NCBI GenBank assembly: GCA_016794365.1
Contig: JAEUKB010000025.1
Coordinates: 244,693-308,692 of the forward strand
Reading direction: 5' to 3'
Source of the DNA: Myxococcales bacterium
GTDB lineage: Bacteria; Myxococcota_A; Polyangia; Palsa-1104; JAEUJZ01
DNA length: 64,000 bases
Positions 27,900-37,398 of the stretch are shown piece by piece. A program made the position numbers and the translations under genes. Position 1 is the first letter of the stretch, and the number at the start of each line of letters is the position of its first letter. The notes under the pieces are model-generated. The model searched no databases. It saw only the letters and a program-made list of their open reading frames with translations, and was not told the origin of the DNA.

Positions 27900-29937
27900 T
27901 TACTGCGGACCTCGCGGAGTAGACGGAGTAGTGGGTCCACTCGGACTTGGCGAAGGTGTACTACTTGGCGGAGTCGTAGACGGACTTGTCTGTGGACTTG
28001 TCTGTGGACTTGTCTGTGGACCTGTCTGTGGACCTGTCTGTGGACCTGTCTGTGGACCCGGTGGGCGCGGTCCGCTTGTACCCGGCTGCGTCGTGGCTGG
28101 GACTCCTCCCGGTAGCGGCGGAGAGCCAGTAGGAGGCACTGCGGGCATTCCCAGCGGCACCACAATCTTGCGTCCAACCAGGGTTCCTGTTGTAACGCCA
28201 ACCGGAGGGATTCCCACCTGAAGCAGCAGGTTCCCTTCCGCAATCTTGACCAGCTCACTGTCGAACTGATTCAGTCGCTCGATCTCAAAGACCGGCTTTT
28301 CATTTTCATAGGAGTGCTGAACCGATGTGCGATTGATCGGCGTCTTGCCCAGCAGGAGCTGATCTCCTTGCGTCTCCATCGGGAGCTGCGCGGTCGCTCG
28401 CCACTCGCGGAACTGACAGATTTCTGCGCGATCAAAGTACAGCTCAACCAGGATGCGCTCGTATTTATATAATGGAAAATAGAACTGCCCAGGAATGGTG
28501 TTCGGGTGATATGGTGTTGTAATGATTTGATTCGCAAATAGCGGGATCATGACTTTGTACTTCGGCAGCATATTGCGAGGGTCAGGATAAAACTGATACG
28601 TCTCCTCTGTGCTGGTTCCTACTTCGCTAACGACGCGGCCTTCGATGGCTACTGGATATTTTGGTAGAATATATGGAGGAATGCGAAGCTCGGGATCACT
28701 TGCCAGCTCTAAAAATACAATTGTGTGGCAATGAAACTTGGCTGGAACCAGGCCATCATACACTTGGCGAATGTCTGTTTCGTCGCTGCGTCCGCTGAGT
28801 GTGATGCGATAGACACGACATAGCTCGCGCTGTGCTTCAAATGGAATTGCAATATCTTCTGCTGAAAAATCAAGCAAATCGAGCTGAAAATCAACACCTA
28901 CATTTGGGAAATATGGCTTGCTTGGAAATGTTCGATAATGAATCAAAAACTCTGGGCGTGGCATCATGAATGCCTTGGTTCTTTTCTGAAACTCACTTTC
29001 AAATTCGCTTTGAATTTCTGTGTTGAACAGATGATCGTGGCGAATTCCTAGCACTTTGTCGATATTATCTATCGGACGATTCTGGACCGCGCTTACAAAG
29101 TCGTTTAGGACGTTTTTTTGATATCTTGGATAGGATGGGTAATACGCATAAATACGATCAACATCGTGCGGAATGATGTCGAAGGGAGTCGGTCGCGGCT
29201 TGATTCCGTGAATCTGATAGACCTTGCGGGTGTAGTCGTACTGCCAGACCTTCCCCATCTCATCCAGACGCCACATCAGCAGGTCGTAAAAGCTGGCGCG
29301 CTCACTTTTGCGATGTTCGGAGTCACAGCCCAAAAAGATCATGGGCTGCACGATTCCTACATCCAGATCGGGATACTCCACCATGATGTGGGTGGTGCGA
29401 TGCGCATCGATCACTTGACGGAGAGACTTCTGCGTAAACAGCTCGCACGGAAAGTGTTGTCGCCACAGCACCTGCGCAGGATCCGCAAAGCGGAGAAAGT
29501 AGCGCCGATAGGACAACAGATCGTTTCCGAGCTTGGCAACATGCTCGGTCAGTGCGCTCTCTGTGACCAGTCCGTTTACCTCGATCGGAGTCGGTGGAAT
29601 ATTGAGATCTTGATCCGCGCGGAAGGCCTGAATCGTCATCCGCAGCTTGAGCATCGACTTCTGGCGAAACATCGTGATGATGCCATCGCGATCATCGCTC
29701 TGTAGCTCTGCGCTATCGGATACCAAGATCGTGAGCGATCCGGAAAAGCCACTGCTGCGCAGATCGAGATCAAAGTCGATCACGTTGTGACCACTTAGCA
29801 GGATCGGACGCGGAAGGGTGACAGAGCTTAGCTCGATGCGAAAGATGAGTCCTTCGCGATAGCTCTTGGCCGCGTCACACAGCGCATCAAACAGCGGTCT
29901 GTCTTCACGGATGGTATTACGCGCCACGACGCACCTC
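27900..29937 (-). CDS. Large unknown protein (~679 aa) between tssE and the giant gene; Tyr/Phe/Lys-rich body with Pro/Thr-rich C-terminal tail
   Basis: The ORF track gives 27900..30014. A GTG at 29937 preceded by GAGAGG gives a 21-nt overlap with tssE instead of 98 nt. The body is visibly more AT-rich (28300-29200) than its neighbours. The tail is (GPQT)6 then SPQTSPQTSPSTTPPSSTPSPSPSGPTTPSTPRGPQ. No family motif recognised. Confidence 0.5.
27981..28052. repeat. 12-bp x6 tandem repeat ggac(t/c)tgtctgt encoding the (QTGP)n tail
   Basis: Direct reading of the sequence. Confidence 0.9.
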
Positions 29938-30342
29938 TCGCTCGGTGTCTGGCTCGATCTGTACGTCGCCGCTGCACAGATGAAACAGGATCTTGAGCTG
30001 GCACGGAACCGCACCCTTGCGGGTCTTTAGGGAGCCGCGCAGATGGATGTGAAGACGCAGCTCTGCATCGCGACCTTTGCAGGACAGATCACGCAGTCGC
30101 AGACGTGACTCTAGCCGGAAAATGACATCTTCAATCTCACGCAAGATGGAAAGCTGCGCACCTTTGTTGCCCTGCTGCGCCAGATAGTCAGCGACGCCAT
30201 ACTGAATCAGTCTTGAGCTGTATCCTGGCCGCGCGCAGAGCAGGTTCTGTAGGTTCCGCATGACAGACTGCAGCTCATCATCTTGCGGAGGCGACTCTAG
30301 GAATCGGTTGAGGAATGACATGCGCAGCCTTCCTATCGCCAA
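29917..30342 (-). CDS. tssE: T6SS baseplate protein TssE (gp25/GPW lysozyme-like)
   Basis: 141 aa. SFLNRFLESPP...LQSVMRNLQNLLCARPG...YGVADY matches the gp25-like pattern, with tssK immediately upstream. Confidence 0.7.
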   Translation of the reverse strand: MAIGRLRMSFLNRFLESPPQDDELQSVMRNLQNLLCARPGYSSRLIQYGVADYLAQQGNKGAQLSILREIEDVIFRLESRLRLRDLSCKGRDAELRLHIHLRGSLKTRKGAVPCQLKILFHLCSGDVQIEPDTEREVRRGA

Positions 30343-31577
30343 AACAGAAAGAGGTTGGCTCGCTCCAGAACCGGATGGACATACGCAGACAGAGATCCTT
30401 CACGCATCGCGTGATCCCACTCTTCACCGCCTTGCAGAAGATAGAAGTCAACCTCTGGACCGAAGGTGTGCTGAAACGGCGGACGCTCGACCAGCTTGAA
30501 CGGAACGCCACGCAAGACCAAGCGATGCACCAGCGCAAGCCGCGAGGTACACGACAGCTTGATATCATCCATCACAATGCGATCGTGCAGCGTGGGACGC
30601 TGAATCAGCAGATAGACTTCCTGCGCATCTTTGACTTCTTGCGGAAGTCCGCTGCATGTAAACAGACCGTTGCTCTTCTGAAAGCGCAGGTGCGTAGATC
30701 GAACGTACACAGGCCGCAGTGCTTGCTGAAGCAGACGGAAGACCTGTCCCATCGTCCGTCCCAGATCATCATGGGAATAGGGCAGGGCAGTGTGATCGGG
30801 CTGCACTTCATGGAAGCAGCAGGTCTCAAAGTACAGCTCGCGCAGCGCTTGATGCAGACAGTACGGATGAAGCGATACGCGATTGGATAGATCACCAAGC
30901 AGGCTCTCTACTTTGTAGATCGCTGCCAAGCTGCGCCGAATGGTCGCCAGTCTGTCCGGTCGCAAAAAGGTGTCCTGAAGCTGCGCGGCAAGCTGCGGAA
31001 TCAGGGCTCTTAACTGCGCAGACAGAAGCTGTAGGGACGGCTGAAGATGTGGCGTGTTTCCGACGCTGAGAAGAGGCGGAATGGCTGACGCTTGCAGGCT
31101 CCAGCTTCCTGCGACTCCTTTTTCAAACTCACCCAGTCGCAAGGATGCAACGCTGCGCTCGATTTGATCGCTGATGCTCAGGGTTGCGCGCGAAAGGACT
31201 CGCTCGACCGTGCGCGGATCACTGTCATAGACGCGATTCCCTTGCGCAGAGACTGCATCAGACAGAAGGTGCAGATACACGCTGACTCGCGTGGCAGATG
31301 TGGCAGCAAGCGACAGCGGAGCCACCGTGCAGCTACCCGGAACACTGATGACAATTCCTTCGGGAAGGACTGCGGTCAGCTCTCCGATCGACAGCACGCC
31401 ATCACGTAACAGCGACTCATGAAAGGAAAGCTGCGCAATCCCGTAGTGAGGAAGTCCTCCGACCCGTGCGCGAAGCTCACTGGCTGATGCCGTAAGCTCC
31501 TGCAAGGCCACAAAGTGCTCGGGCAGGACCGTCTGCCCCAGATACCATCTTACGGGTGCGATCTTCAGCGTGCTCAT
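30333..31577 (-). CDS. tssK: T6SS baseplate protein TssK
   Basis: MSTLKIAPVRWYLGQTVLPEHFVALQE matches the TssK N-terminus (M.K..W.EG..L.PQHFQQ). About 414 aa. The alternative start at 31670 adds 31 non-conserved residues. Confidence 0.75.
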   Translation of the reverse strand: MSTLKIAPVRWYLGQTVLPEHFVALQELTASASELRARVGGLPHYGIAQLSFHESLLRDGVLSIGELTAVLPEGIVISVPGSCTVAPLSLAATSATRVSVYLHLLSDAVSAQGNRVYDSDPRTVERVLSRATLSISDQIERSVASLRLGEFEKGVAGSWSLQASAIPPLLSVGNTPHLQPSLQLLSAQLRALIPQLAAQLQDTFLRPDRLATIRRSLAAIYKVESLLGDLSNRVSLHPYCLHQALRELYFETCCFHEVQPDHTALPYSHDDLGRTMGQVFRLLQQALRPVYVRSTHLRFQKSNGLFTCSGLPQEVKDAQEVYLLIQRPTLHDRIVMDDIKLSCTSRLALVHRLVLRGVPFKLVERPPFQHTFGPEVDFYLLQGGEEWDHAMREGSLSAYVHPVLERANLFLFWR

Positions 31578-31685
31578 CGCTTTGCTTGCCACTCGCCACG
31601 CGAGTAAGCGGTCTATGTAACGCGCCACAGAACAGGGAATCGGATCCAAACGGAACGACTCCCGACACACAGATTCCGACTCTGC

Positions 31686-32327
31686 TTACGTCGCTGGACC
31701 CTGTCGTCCCCAGTTCTTGGTGACCTTGCGAGTGGCCGAGGTCGCAAACAGCAGCGACTGAACCTCTGGCTTGGGAACCACCTTGAGCGTCAGCTTGTAG
31801 TTCTTCGGCGACTCGACATCGGTTCCGGCCTCTGCATCGATCTCCAGTCCGAGCGCTTCGCCGTCTTTCTGAATCTGTCCGCGCACCGATCTTCCAGCTG
31901 CGGCATCGGTTGCAGCCTGCGCAGAGTTTGAAAATGCAGCGTAGTACTTTTTGGAAAGCGGATCGTATTCATAGACCACGAATCCCACTTCACAATCGAC
32001 ATCGATCATCGATGCGTAGACCAGAGCGCTGATCGCTTGCTTGCTGGCAATCGAGACCTGCGCTTCAAAGATCAGCGGATCGGTATCACCGAGCGCCCAG
32101 GTGACGTTGGCCAGGACGCCAACAACGGTGAGCGCACCGATGGTTGCGGTGGCATTTGCGGTCAGTCCGGTTCCGGTGACTGCGGCCATCGGGCTGTTCA
32201 CCGTGAAGTCTGGCGTAAACGTCTCCATACCGATCTTGAGCGAAGTCAGAAAGCCAATCGTTGCTTGCTGATCTTTCTTAAAGTCGAAGCCCTGCTTCAC
32301 ATTCATCGCGCGGTTGTACTCGGCCAT
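31686..32327 (-). CDS. Candidate inner-tube (Hcp-like) protein, divergent, 213 aa
   Basis: Occupies the position directly downstream of tssB-tssC where hcp usually sits. Beta-rich, no TM. No Hcp motif could be confirmed by eye. Confidence 0.3.
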   Translation of the reverse strand: MAEYNRAMNVKQGFDFKKDQQATIGFLTSLKIGMETFTPDFTVNSPMAAVTGTGLTANATATIGALTVVGVLANVTWALGDTDPLIFEAQVSIASKQAISALVYASMIDVDCEVGFVVYEYDPLSKKYYAAFSNSAQAATDAAAGRSVRGQIQKDGEALGLEIDAEAGTDVESPKNYKLTLKVVPKPEVQSLLFATSATRKVTKNWGRQGPAT

Positions 32328-32389
32328 CGTGTGCTCCCATTCCTAACGAATGATTGAAACCATCAAGGTGTCTCTGCGAGCGATTCCGG

Positions 32390-33880
32390 CTATCCCAGCC
32401 GTGACTCCAGCCGCAGCTCGACATCCATTCCTTCAAACTGAATGTGCGGCAGGATCGAGATCTTGCAGTCGTAGTATCCGAGCCGACCGGGCATCGGATT
32501 GACCTGGACTTGTGCGGCGCGGAAGGGGAAGGTCCGCATCGTCATATCGTCGGGACGGACTTCGGTGGTGACATACTGCTCAAGCCACGTTGACAGCACG
32601 CTCTGTACGTAGCCTGCGGTCGCGACATCACCGATGTTGTCACGCATGATGCTCTTGACGTAGTGCGCGATGCGGGCAATCGAAAACGTATAGGACAGGT
32701 TGCAGACAAGCTGCGCGTTTTCAGAGTCCTTCGGATCCTTGAACTTCTTCGGACGCTTGATGGACTGTGCGCTAAAGAACGTCGCTTCACCGGCTCCCTT
32801 GCGATAGACAAGGGGAATGATTCCGTTTCGCGAGTACTCCAGTTCGCGGTAGTCAGGAATGCAGATCTCGACGGGAATCCGCATCTCATCTTCGCCCCGG
32901 ATGTTGAACATATCAACCGGCAGACCGCTGATCATTCCGCCGCCTTTGGGACCGCGAATGTACTGACACCAGCCGGTGTTTTCAAACGAGCGAATTACAT
33001 TGCGCGCAAACAGCAGTGCAGAGCTTCCCCACAGATAGTTGCCGTGCTCTCCGCTGGTCTGTTCATGAAACGGAAGACCTGGACTGGGATTGGTTTCCGG
33101 GCTCCAAGGGAGTCGCACCACGTAGCGCGGGAAGGTCAGACCGATGTACGCACCCTCTTCGGATTCACGCAGAGACTGCCACTGAGAGTAGCGCGGCTGG
33201 CTGAGCAGACCGTCGAGATCTTTGATCGCTTCGACCTGCTGCATGTTGCCACAGCCCAAAAATTGCGGAGAGATCGATCCAATAAACGGTGAGTGACTGG
33301 CCGCCGCGATCTTCGACATGCTGCGCAGCCAGAACAGATCACGCGCTTGGGTTGTGAAGTCATACAGACCAATCAGCGCGCCGTAGGGACGACCACCGTA
33401 CTGATCGTACTCTGCGATGTAGACCTTCTCGAACAGCGCACTGCCAAAGATGTCGCTCGAGTTGTTTTCAAAGTCTTCAAACAGCTCGTCTTTGCTGACA
33501 TCAAGCAGCTCGACGGTGACGTTCGACTGGAAGTTGGCGTTTTCGACCAGCTGATCGATTCCGCGCCAGGTCGCTTCCATGTGCTGAAACTGTTGATGGT
33601 GAAAGATCTCGTTGAGCTGATCATTTACCATCGTGTCGATCTGGCGAACGACATCCAGGACTTTTCCTTTTTCGTAGCGACCACCGCTGTGATCGGTGTT
33701 GTACAGAATCGCTGCGAGTCCCGAGAGCATGCGATCTTCCAGCGAGACATCTTCATGCACCTCGCCAAACGTATCGCGAATCATCGGAACCAAGCTCACG
33801 TTCTTGGACTCCATATCCATGGTTGCGACAATCCGCTTGAGGATGGAGCCACTCTCTGTTGCGACGGGGGGTTGTGCCAT
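32390..33880 (-). CDS. tssC: T6SS contractile sheath large subunit TssC (VipB)
   Basis: 496 aa, directly downstream of tssB. Conserved-looking core (FENANFQSNVTVELLDVSKDEL..., GRPYGALIGLYDF, LTFPRYVVRLPW). Confidence 0.8.
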   Translation of the reverse strand: MAQPPVATESGSILKRIVATMDMESKNVSLVPMIRDTFGEVHEDVSLEDRMLSGLAAILYNTDHSGGRYEKGKVLDVVRQIDTMVNDQLNEIFHHQQFQHMEATWRGIDQLVENANFQSNVTVELLDVSKDELFEDFENNSSDIFGSALFEKVYIAEYDQYGGRPYGALIGLYDFTTQARDLFWLRSMSKIAAASHSPFIGSISPQFLGCGNMQQVEAIKDLDGLLSQPRYSQWQSLRESEEGAYIGLTFPRYVVRLPWSPETNPSPGLPFHEQTSGEHGNYLWGSSALLFARNVIRSFENTGWCQYIRGPKGGGMISGLPVDMFNIRGEDEMRIPVEICIPDYRELEYSRNGIIPLVYRKGAGEATFFSAQSIKRPKKFKDPKDSENAQLVCNLSYTFSIARIAHYVKSIMRDNIGDVATAGYVQSVLSTWLEQYVTTEVRPDDMTMRTFPFRAAQVQVNPMPGRLGYYDCKISILPHIQFEGMDVELRLESRLG

Positions 33881-33921
33881 CGATCACTCCTTACAGCGCA
33901 CAATAGGAACCGTTCGGTTCG

Positions 33922-34545
33922 TTAGGTTTCCTGCGTCGGCTGCGTGAGCGCTTTTTGCGAGCTAGGCAGCTTGTAGTCCGATAGCGCAGCCAGTTCCTTT
34001 TGCAGGGTCTTGAGCTGCTCTGGACTGCTCCAGATTTCTTGGATGACGCGACGTAGATCTTTGCGATTGTCGATGTTCGACTGCATCTCTAGCAGGAGCT
34101 TTCGTAGCAGCAGCAGGGAACGAATCTTGGGAACGTTGTCCGCGACATTTCCCGGTGTGAAGGAGCGGCGATTCTTGATCGGAATGCTCACTTCAAGGGT
34201 GGAATCGCTGCCTGGATCAATGCGGTTTGCCACCTTGAAGTTCAGGCTCATGCGCATGTTTTCCATGACGCTGTCCAGGTTCTTGTCGGTGAGCGAGCGC
34301 AGCCTGCGCGACTCCAGATCGACCTCGCGATCGGTGGCAGAGCCGCTGGACAGATCACCCAGTACCATCACGCGGAACGGCAGCTCCAACATCTGAGCGG
34401 TGCCTTGGATCTCTGTACGGTAGCGAAGGTTGATGCGAGAACGTGGGATGTCATCTTGAATCGACACGCCGATACTCCTACGAAGTGGTGTTTCCTTTGG
34501 GATTGCAACCGATATGCCAGCAGTTCGGAGTGCCCAAGGAATCAC
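33922..34545 (-). CDS. tssB: T6SS sheath small subunit TssB (VipA); GTG start
   Basis: INLRYRTEIQGTAQMLELPFRVMVLGDLS matches the TssB core (ELPFkmLVlGDftg). About 207 aa. Confidence 0.8.
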   Translation of the reverse strand: MIPWALRTAGISVAIPKETPLRRSIGVSIQDDIPRSRINLRYRTEIQGTAQMLELPFRVMVLGDLSSGSATDREVDLESRRLRSLTDKNLDSVMENMRMSLNFKVANRIDPGSDSTLEVSIPIKNRRSFTPGNVADNVPKIRSLLLLRKLLLEMQSNIDNRKDLRRVIQEIWSSPEQLKTLQKELAALSDYKLPSSQKALTQPTQET

Positions 34546-34616
34546 TGACAGCGCCAGGAGATCGTGTTGAATGAAGGCTGCGCTCAGTGACTGTTGCGAG
34601 CGAGCGCAGAGCGGAC

Positions 34617-34722
34617 GCTGCGCGCGAGCAGCGTGTCGGTTGGGAGTGTGTCCGTGCGGGTGATTTCGTCTTCACTGTGCGCGCGAGCAGTGCGCGAGCA
34701 GCGCGCGAGCACGGAGCGAGCA
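34617..34722. promoter_or_regulatory. Cluster of 4-5 GCGCGAGCA(G) repeats in the tssB / regulator divergent intergenic region (candidate enhancer/UAS sites)
   Basis: tgcgcgcgagcagcg at 34617-34631 and gcgcgcgagcagtgcgcgagcagcgcgcgagcacggagcgagc at 34677-34722. Confidence 0.35.
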
Positions 34723-34791
34723 TCCGCGCACAGGCTCCCAATGCCGTCGCTACGAGGCCGATCTCCGTTCGTCCTACGTGCTGCACTGCGC

Positions 34792-34807
34792 TGGCACAAA
34801 GACTGCT
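34792..34807 (+). promoter_or_regulatory. Sigma-54-type -24/-12 promoter candidate (TGGCAC-N5-CTGCT) upstream of the regulator gene
   Basis: TGGCACaaagaCTGCT has GG-N10-GC spacing. Predicted TSS is ~34818. GGAGG at 34832-34836 precedes the GTG at 34841. Confidence 0.45.
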
Positions 34808-34840
34808 ATTTCACCAAAGTAGGATGGTTCTGGAGGTCTT

Positions 34841-36454
34841 GTGAAGACCGCGCACAGTGATATTTCTCCGTCGGCACGAACGGCTCCCAATCCACTGGCA
34901 GAGCAGTTTGATTCTACTGAAGCAGATGTCCTTGCACTGGTGGTGCTGTGGTCCGCGCGTGAGCCTTCTCGCGTAGGAGAAGTCGCACTCCTTCCCGCAG
35001 AGTATCCAGTGTGGCTGTTCGGTCGCGATCCCGAGCAGCCGATCACAGAGTCTGTTCAGCGCACCAGCGCAGCCAGTGGCTTTGCTGATTCAGAAGAAGT
35101 ACGTCCTTCATCCAGCAGTCCGGCCAGTCGTGCGCAAGGCGTTGTGCGCTTTGTCAGACAGCGACCGGACGGCGTGTCTTCTGGAGAGCCTCCGCGCGCG
35201 CTCGCTGGAGAGAGCATTTCCCGACTTCAGCTTCATATGAGCCATCGTGAAGAGGGACTGTTTACCCAGAACGTCGGACGCTGCGCGCTGCTGGTGAATG
35301 GTCAGCCAACTCAGGCGGCGATGATTCATCCTGGGGATACGCTGTATCTGCGCAATCAGCTGCTGCTGTTGTGTATTCGCAGACCGATTCGACTTCAGCC
35401 GCTGCGCGCGTATCCCAGAGACAGGCTGCGTGATTTCGGGATTCCTGATGTAGACGGAATGATAGGAGAAAGTCCTGCGATGTGGCATCTGCGCGAGCGG
35501 CTCGCCGCGTGTGCGCGCAGTGATCAGAATGTCCTTGTGGTGGGGGAAAGCGGAAGCGGAAAGGAGCTGGCTGCGCAGGCGATTCATGCGATGTCTGTTC
35601 GTCGTGACAAGCCGCTCGTGGCCGACAACATCTCTGCGATTCCGTCCAGCTTGGCGGTGGCACTTTTGTTTGGTAACAAGCGCAACTTTCCAAACCCTGG
35701 CATGGAAGAGCGCGTGGGACTCATCGGTGCGGCAGATGGATCAATGCTGTTTCTTGATGAAATCGGAGACATGCCCGAAGAAGTTCAGCCGATGTTTCTG
35801 CGGGTGGCTGAGCGCAACGGAGAGTATTTTCGACTGGGTGAAGAGGGTCGAATTCGCCGCTCTGACTTTCGCTTGATCGGGGCCACCAATCGTCCAGAGC
35901 GGATGCGCTACGAGCTAAAGCGTCGTTTCCAGCGAGAGATTCGCGTTCCCAGCTTGAACGAACGGAAGGAAGACATTCCGCTGCTGATTCGTCACCTCCT
36001 GGAAGTACAAGCGCGCCAAGGTGATCCCAATGTCCTGAGCTTTTTTGATCCACAGACCCAAAGACCGCGTGTGCATCCGCTCTTGATTGAGCAGCTTGTG
36101 CGGCACACCTACGTGACCAATGTCTCGGAAGTGGAGTTTCTGCTGGGCCATGCGATGGCAGAGAGCGCAGGGGATGTGCTGACCCCGATTCGCGGTGCGC
36201 TGCCACAGCAGGGACGACCGATGCGTCCAGAGCTGGCTCCGCATCTGCCGCTGCATACCGCGCCACTCCGTCGCTTGGTTCCTGCGATTCCTTCCCCTGA
36301 GCGCGCGCAGCAAGCGCTAGATGACGCGCAAGGCAACGTGGTGAGAGCCGCTGCATCGCTTGGGATCAGCAGACATCAGCTCAACCGCATCATCCGGCGA
36401 CATGCTTTGGAAAAAAAACGCGGACCCAGATCGTCGTCGGCGATCAGCTCCTAA
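34841..36454 (+). CDS. FHA-domain AAA+ enhancer-binding-protein-like transcriptional regulator (NtrC/VasH-like) lacking the GAFTGA motif
   Basis: FHA-like GRCALLVNGQPTQAAMIHPGDTLYL. Walker A VVGESGSGKE, Walker B MLFLDEIGDM, RLIGATN. C-terminal Fis-type HTH. Where GAFTGA should be, the sequence is ALLFGNKRNFPNPG. Confidence 0.75.
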   Translation: MKTAHSDISPSARTAPNPLAEQFDSTEADVLALVVLWSAREPSRVGEVALLPAEYPVWLFGRDPEQPITESVQRTSAASGFADSEEVRPSSSSPASRAQGVVRFVRQRPDGVSSGEPPRALAGESISRLQLHMSHREEGLFTQNVGRCALLVNGQPTQAAMIHPGDTLYLRNQLLLLCIRRPIRLQPLRAYPRDRLRDFGIPDVDGMIGESPAMWHLRERLAACARSDQNVLVVGESGSGKELAAQAIHAMSVRRDKPLVADNISAIPSSLAVALLFGNKRNFPNPGMEERVGLIGAADGSMLFLDEIGDMPEEVQPMFLRVAERNGEYFRLGEEGRIRRSDFRLIGATNRPERMRYELKRRFQREIRVPSLNERKEDIPLLIRHLLEVQARQGDPNVLSFFDPQTQRPRVHPLLIEQLVRHTYVTNVSEVEFLLGHAMAESAGDVLTPIRGALPQQGRPMRPELAPHLPLHTAPLRRLVPAIPSPERAQQALDDAQGNVVRAAASLGISRHQLNRIIRRHALEKKRGPRSSSAISS

Positions 36455-36540
36455 CGCAATCGGCAGCCGCGCGCTGGAGTGATGCAGGTGTGTCGATTGG
36501 GAATCGATCAGGAGTCGATTGGGAATCGATTGGGAGTCAG

Positions 36541-37398
36541 CTACGGGGAACGAAAGACGTAGAACGGAACGCCTTCGGAGGAATAGCCGTACTTGCTGAC
36601 CGCGTTATCGCGCTCGGGTTCGCTGGTTGTATAGAAGTGATCATCCGATGCACCGGAATACAAGCGATGCAGCGGCTGCGCGTCACAGCGTGCGTCGGGC
36701 GCAACATATCCCAGCAGCGTTCCTGCGGTATTTAAGACTTCGCAGGTTGCGCTGGTGGTCAGAAAGTACAGACCGCTTGCCTTCTTACACAGGTACAGAC
36801 CCGTCAGTCCCTCTGCCGCGCTGCGATAAATGTAGAAGTAGTTCGCCGCTTCGATCGAAAACGGCGGAGTGCTCGCTGCGGTCTGATCCGTGGTGTAAAA
36901 GTGTCCTTTTCCCGCTGCGCGATGGACTGCGATGCGACAGCCTGCGATCGCACCTTCATCACAGACACCGTTGCAGTCATCGTCTTTCGCATTGCAGCTC
37001 TCTGCGGGCTGCTTACAGCTCTGGATTCCGTCGGTGCAGACCGTCTTCCCAACCGATTCGCAGCTGGTCTTACAGTCCGAACCTGCGATGCACAACGACA
37101 TGGACTCGCAGCCGTTGGCAACGCTCTTGTCTGAATCAAAGTAGCCGCTGCGACAGCTTGCGATCACGCACTCTCCGCGCTGACAGCCTGCTGTTGCGTT
37201 GGGAATCACGCAGGTGCGATCACAGCTTCCGCAGCTCTGTGGATCGCTCTGCAAGTCAACGCACAGACTACCGCAGCGCGAAAGCGAACCACACGATGGA
37301 TCCGTGGTCTTTTTTTCTGTGACCGGACGCGGAACCACCGGCGGTGGCGAGCACGCAGACAGGATCGCAAGCGCGAAGAGAGAGAGGTGTCTCATCAT
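36541..37398 (-). CDS. Cys-rich secreted lipoprotein with myxobacterial-type Cys repeats
   Basis: Signal + lipobox ILSACSPP. Modules such as CNAKDDDCNGVCDEG and paired Cys throughout. Start overlaps the upstream stop (ATGA). Confidence 0.55.
   Translation of the reverse strand: MMRHLSLFALAILSACSPPPVVPRPVTEKKTTDPSCGSLSRCGSLCVDLQSDPQSCGSCDRTCVIPNATAGCQRGECVIASCRSGYFDSDKSVANGCESMSLCIAGSDCKTSCESVGKTVCTDGIQSCKQPAESCNAKDDDCNGVCDEGAIAGCRIAVHRAAGKGHFYTTDQTAASTPPFSIEAANYFYIYRSAAEGLTGLYLCKKASGLYFLTTSATCEVLNTAGTLLGYVAPDARCDAQPLHRLYSGASDDHFYTTSEPERDNAVSKYGYSSEGVPFYVFRSP

Noticed and set aside
23190-28060. Possible CRISPR array suggested by many short direct repeats
   Set aside because: The repeats are contiguous tandem coding units (12-21 bp) with no unique spacers, inside an intact ORF. 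There are no cas genes.
34640-34700. Possible sigma-54 promoter (TGGGAG-N5-GCGCG) facing tssB on the minus strand
   Set aside because: The -12 element is poor (no TGC). This was kept only as a note, and the tssB promoter remains unidentified.
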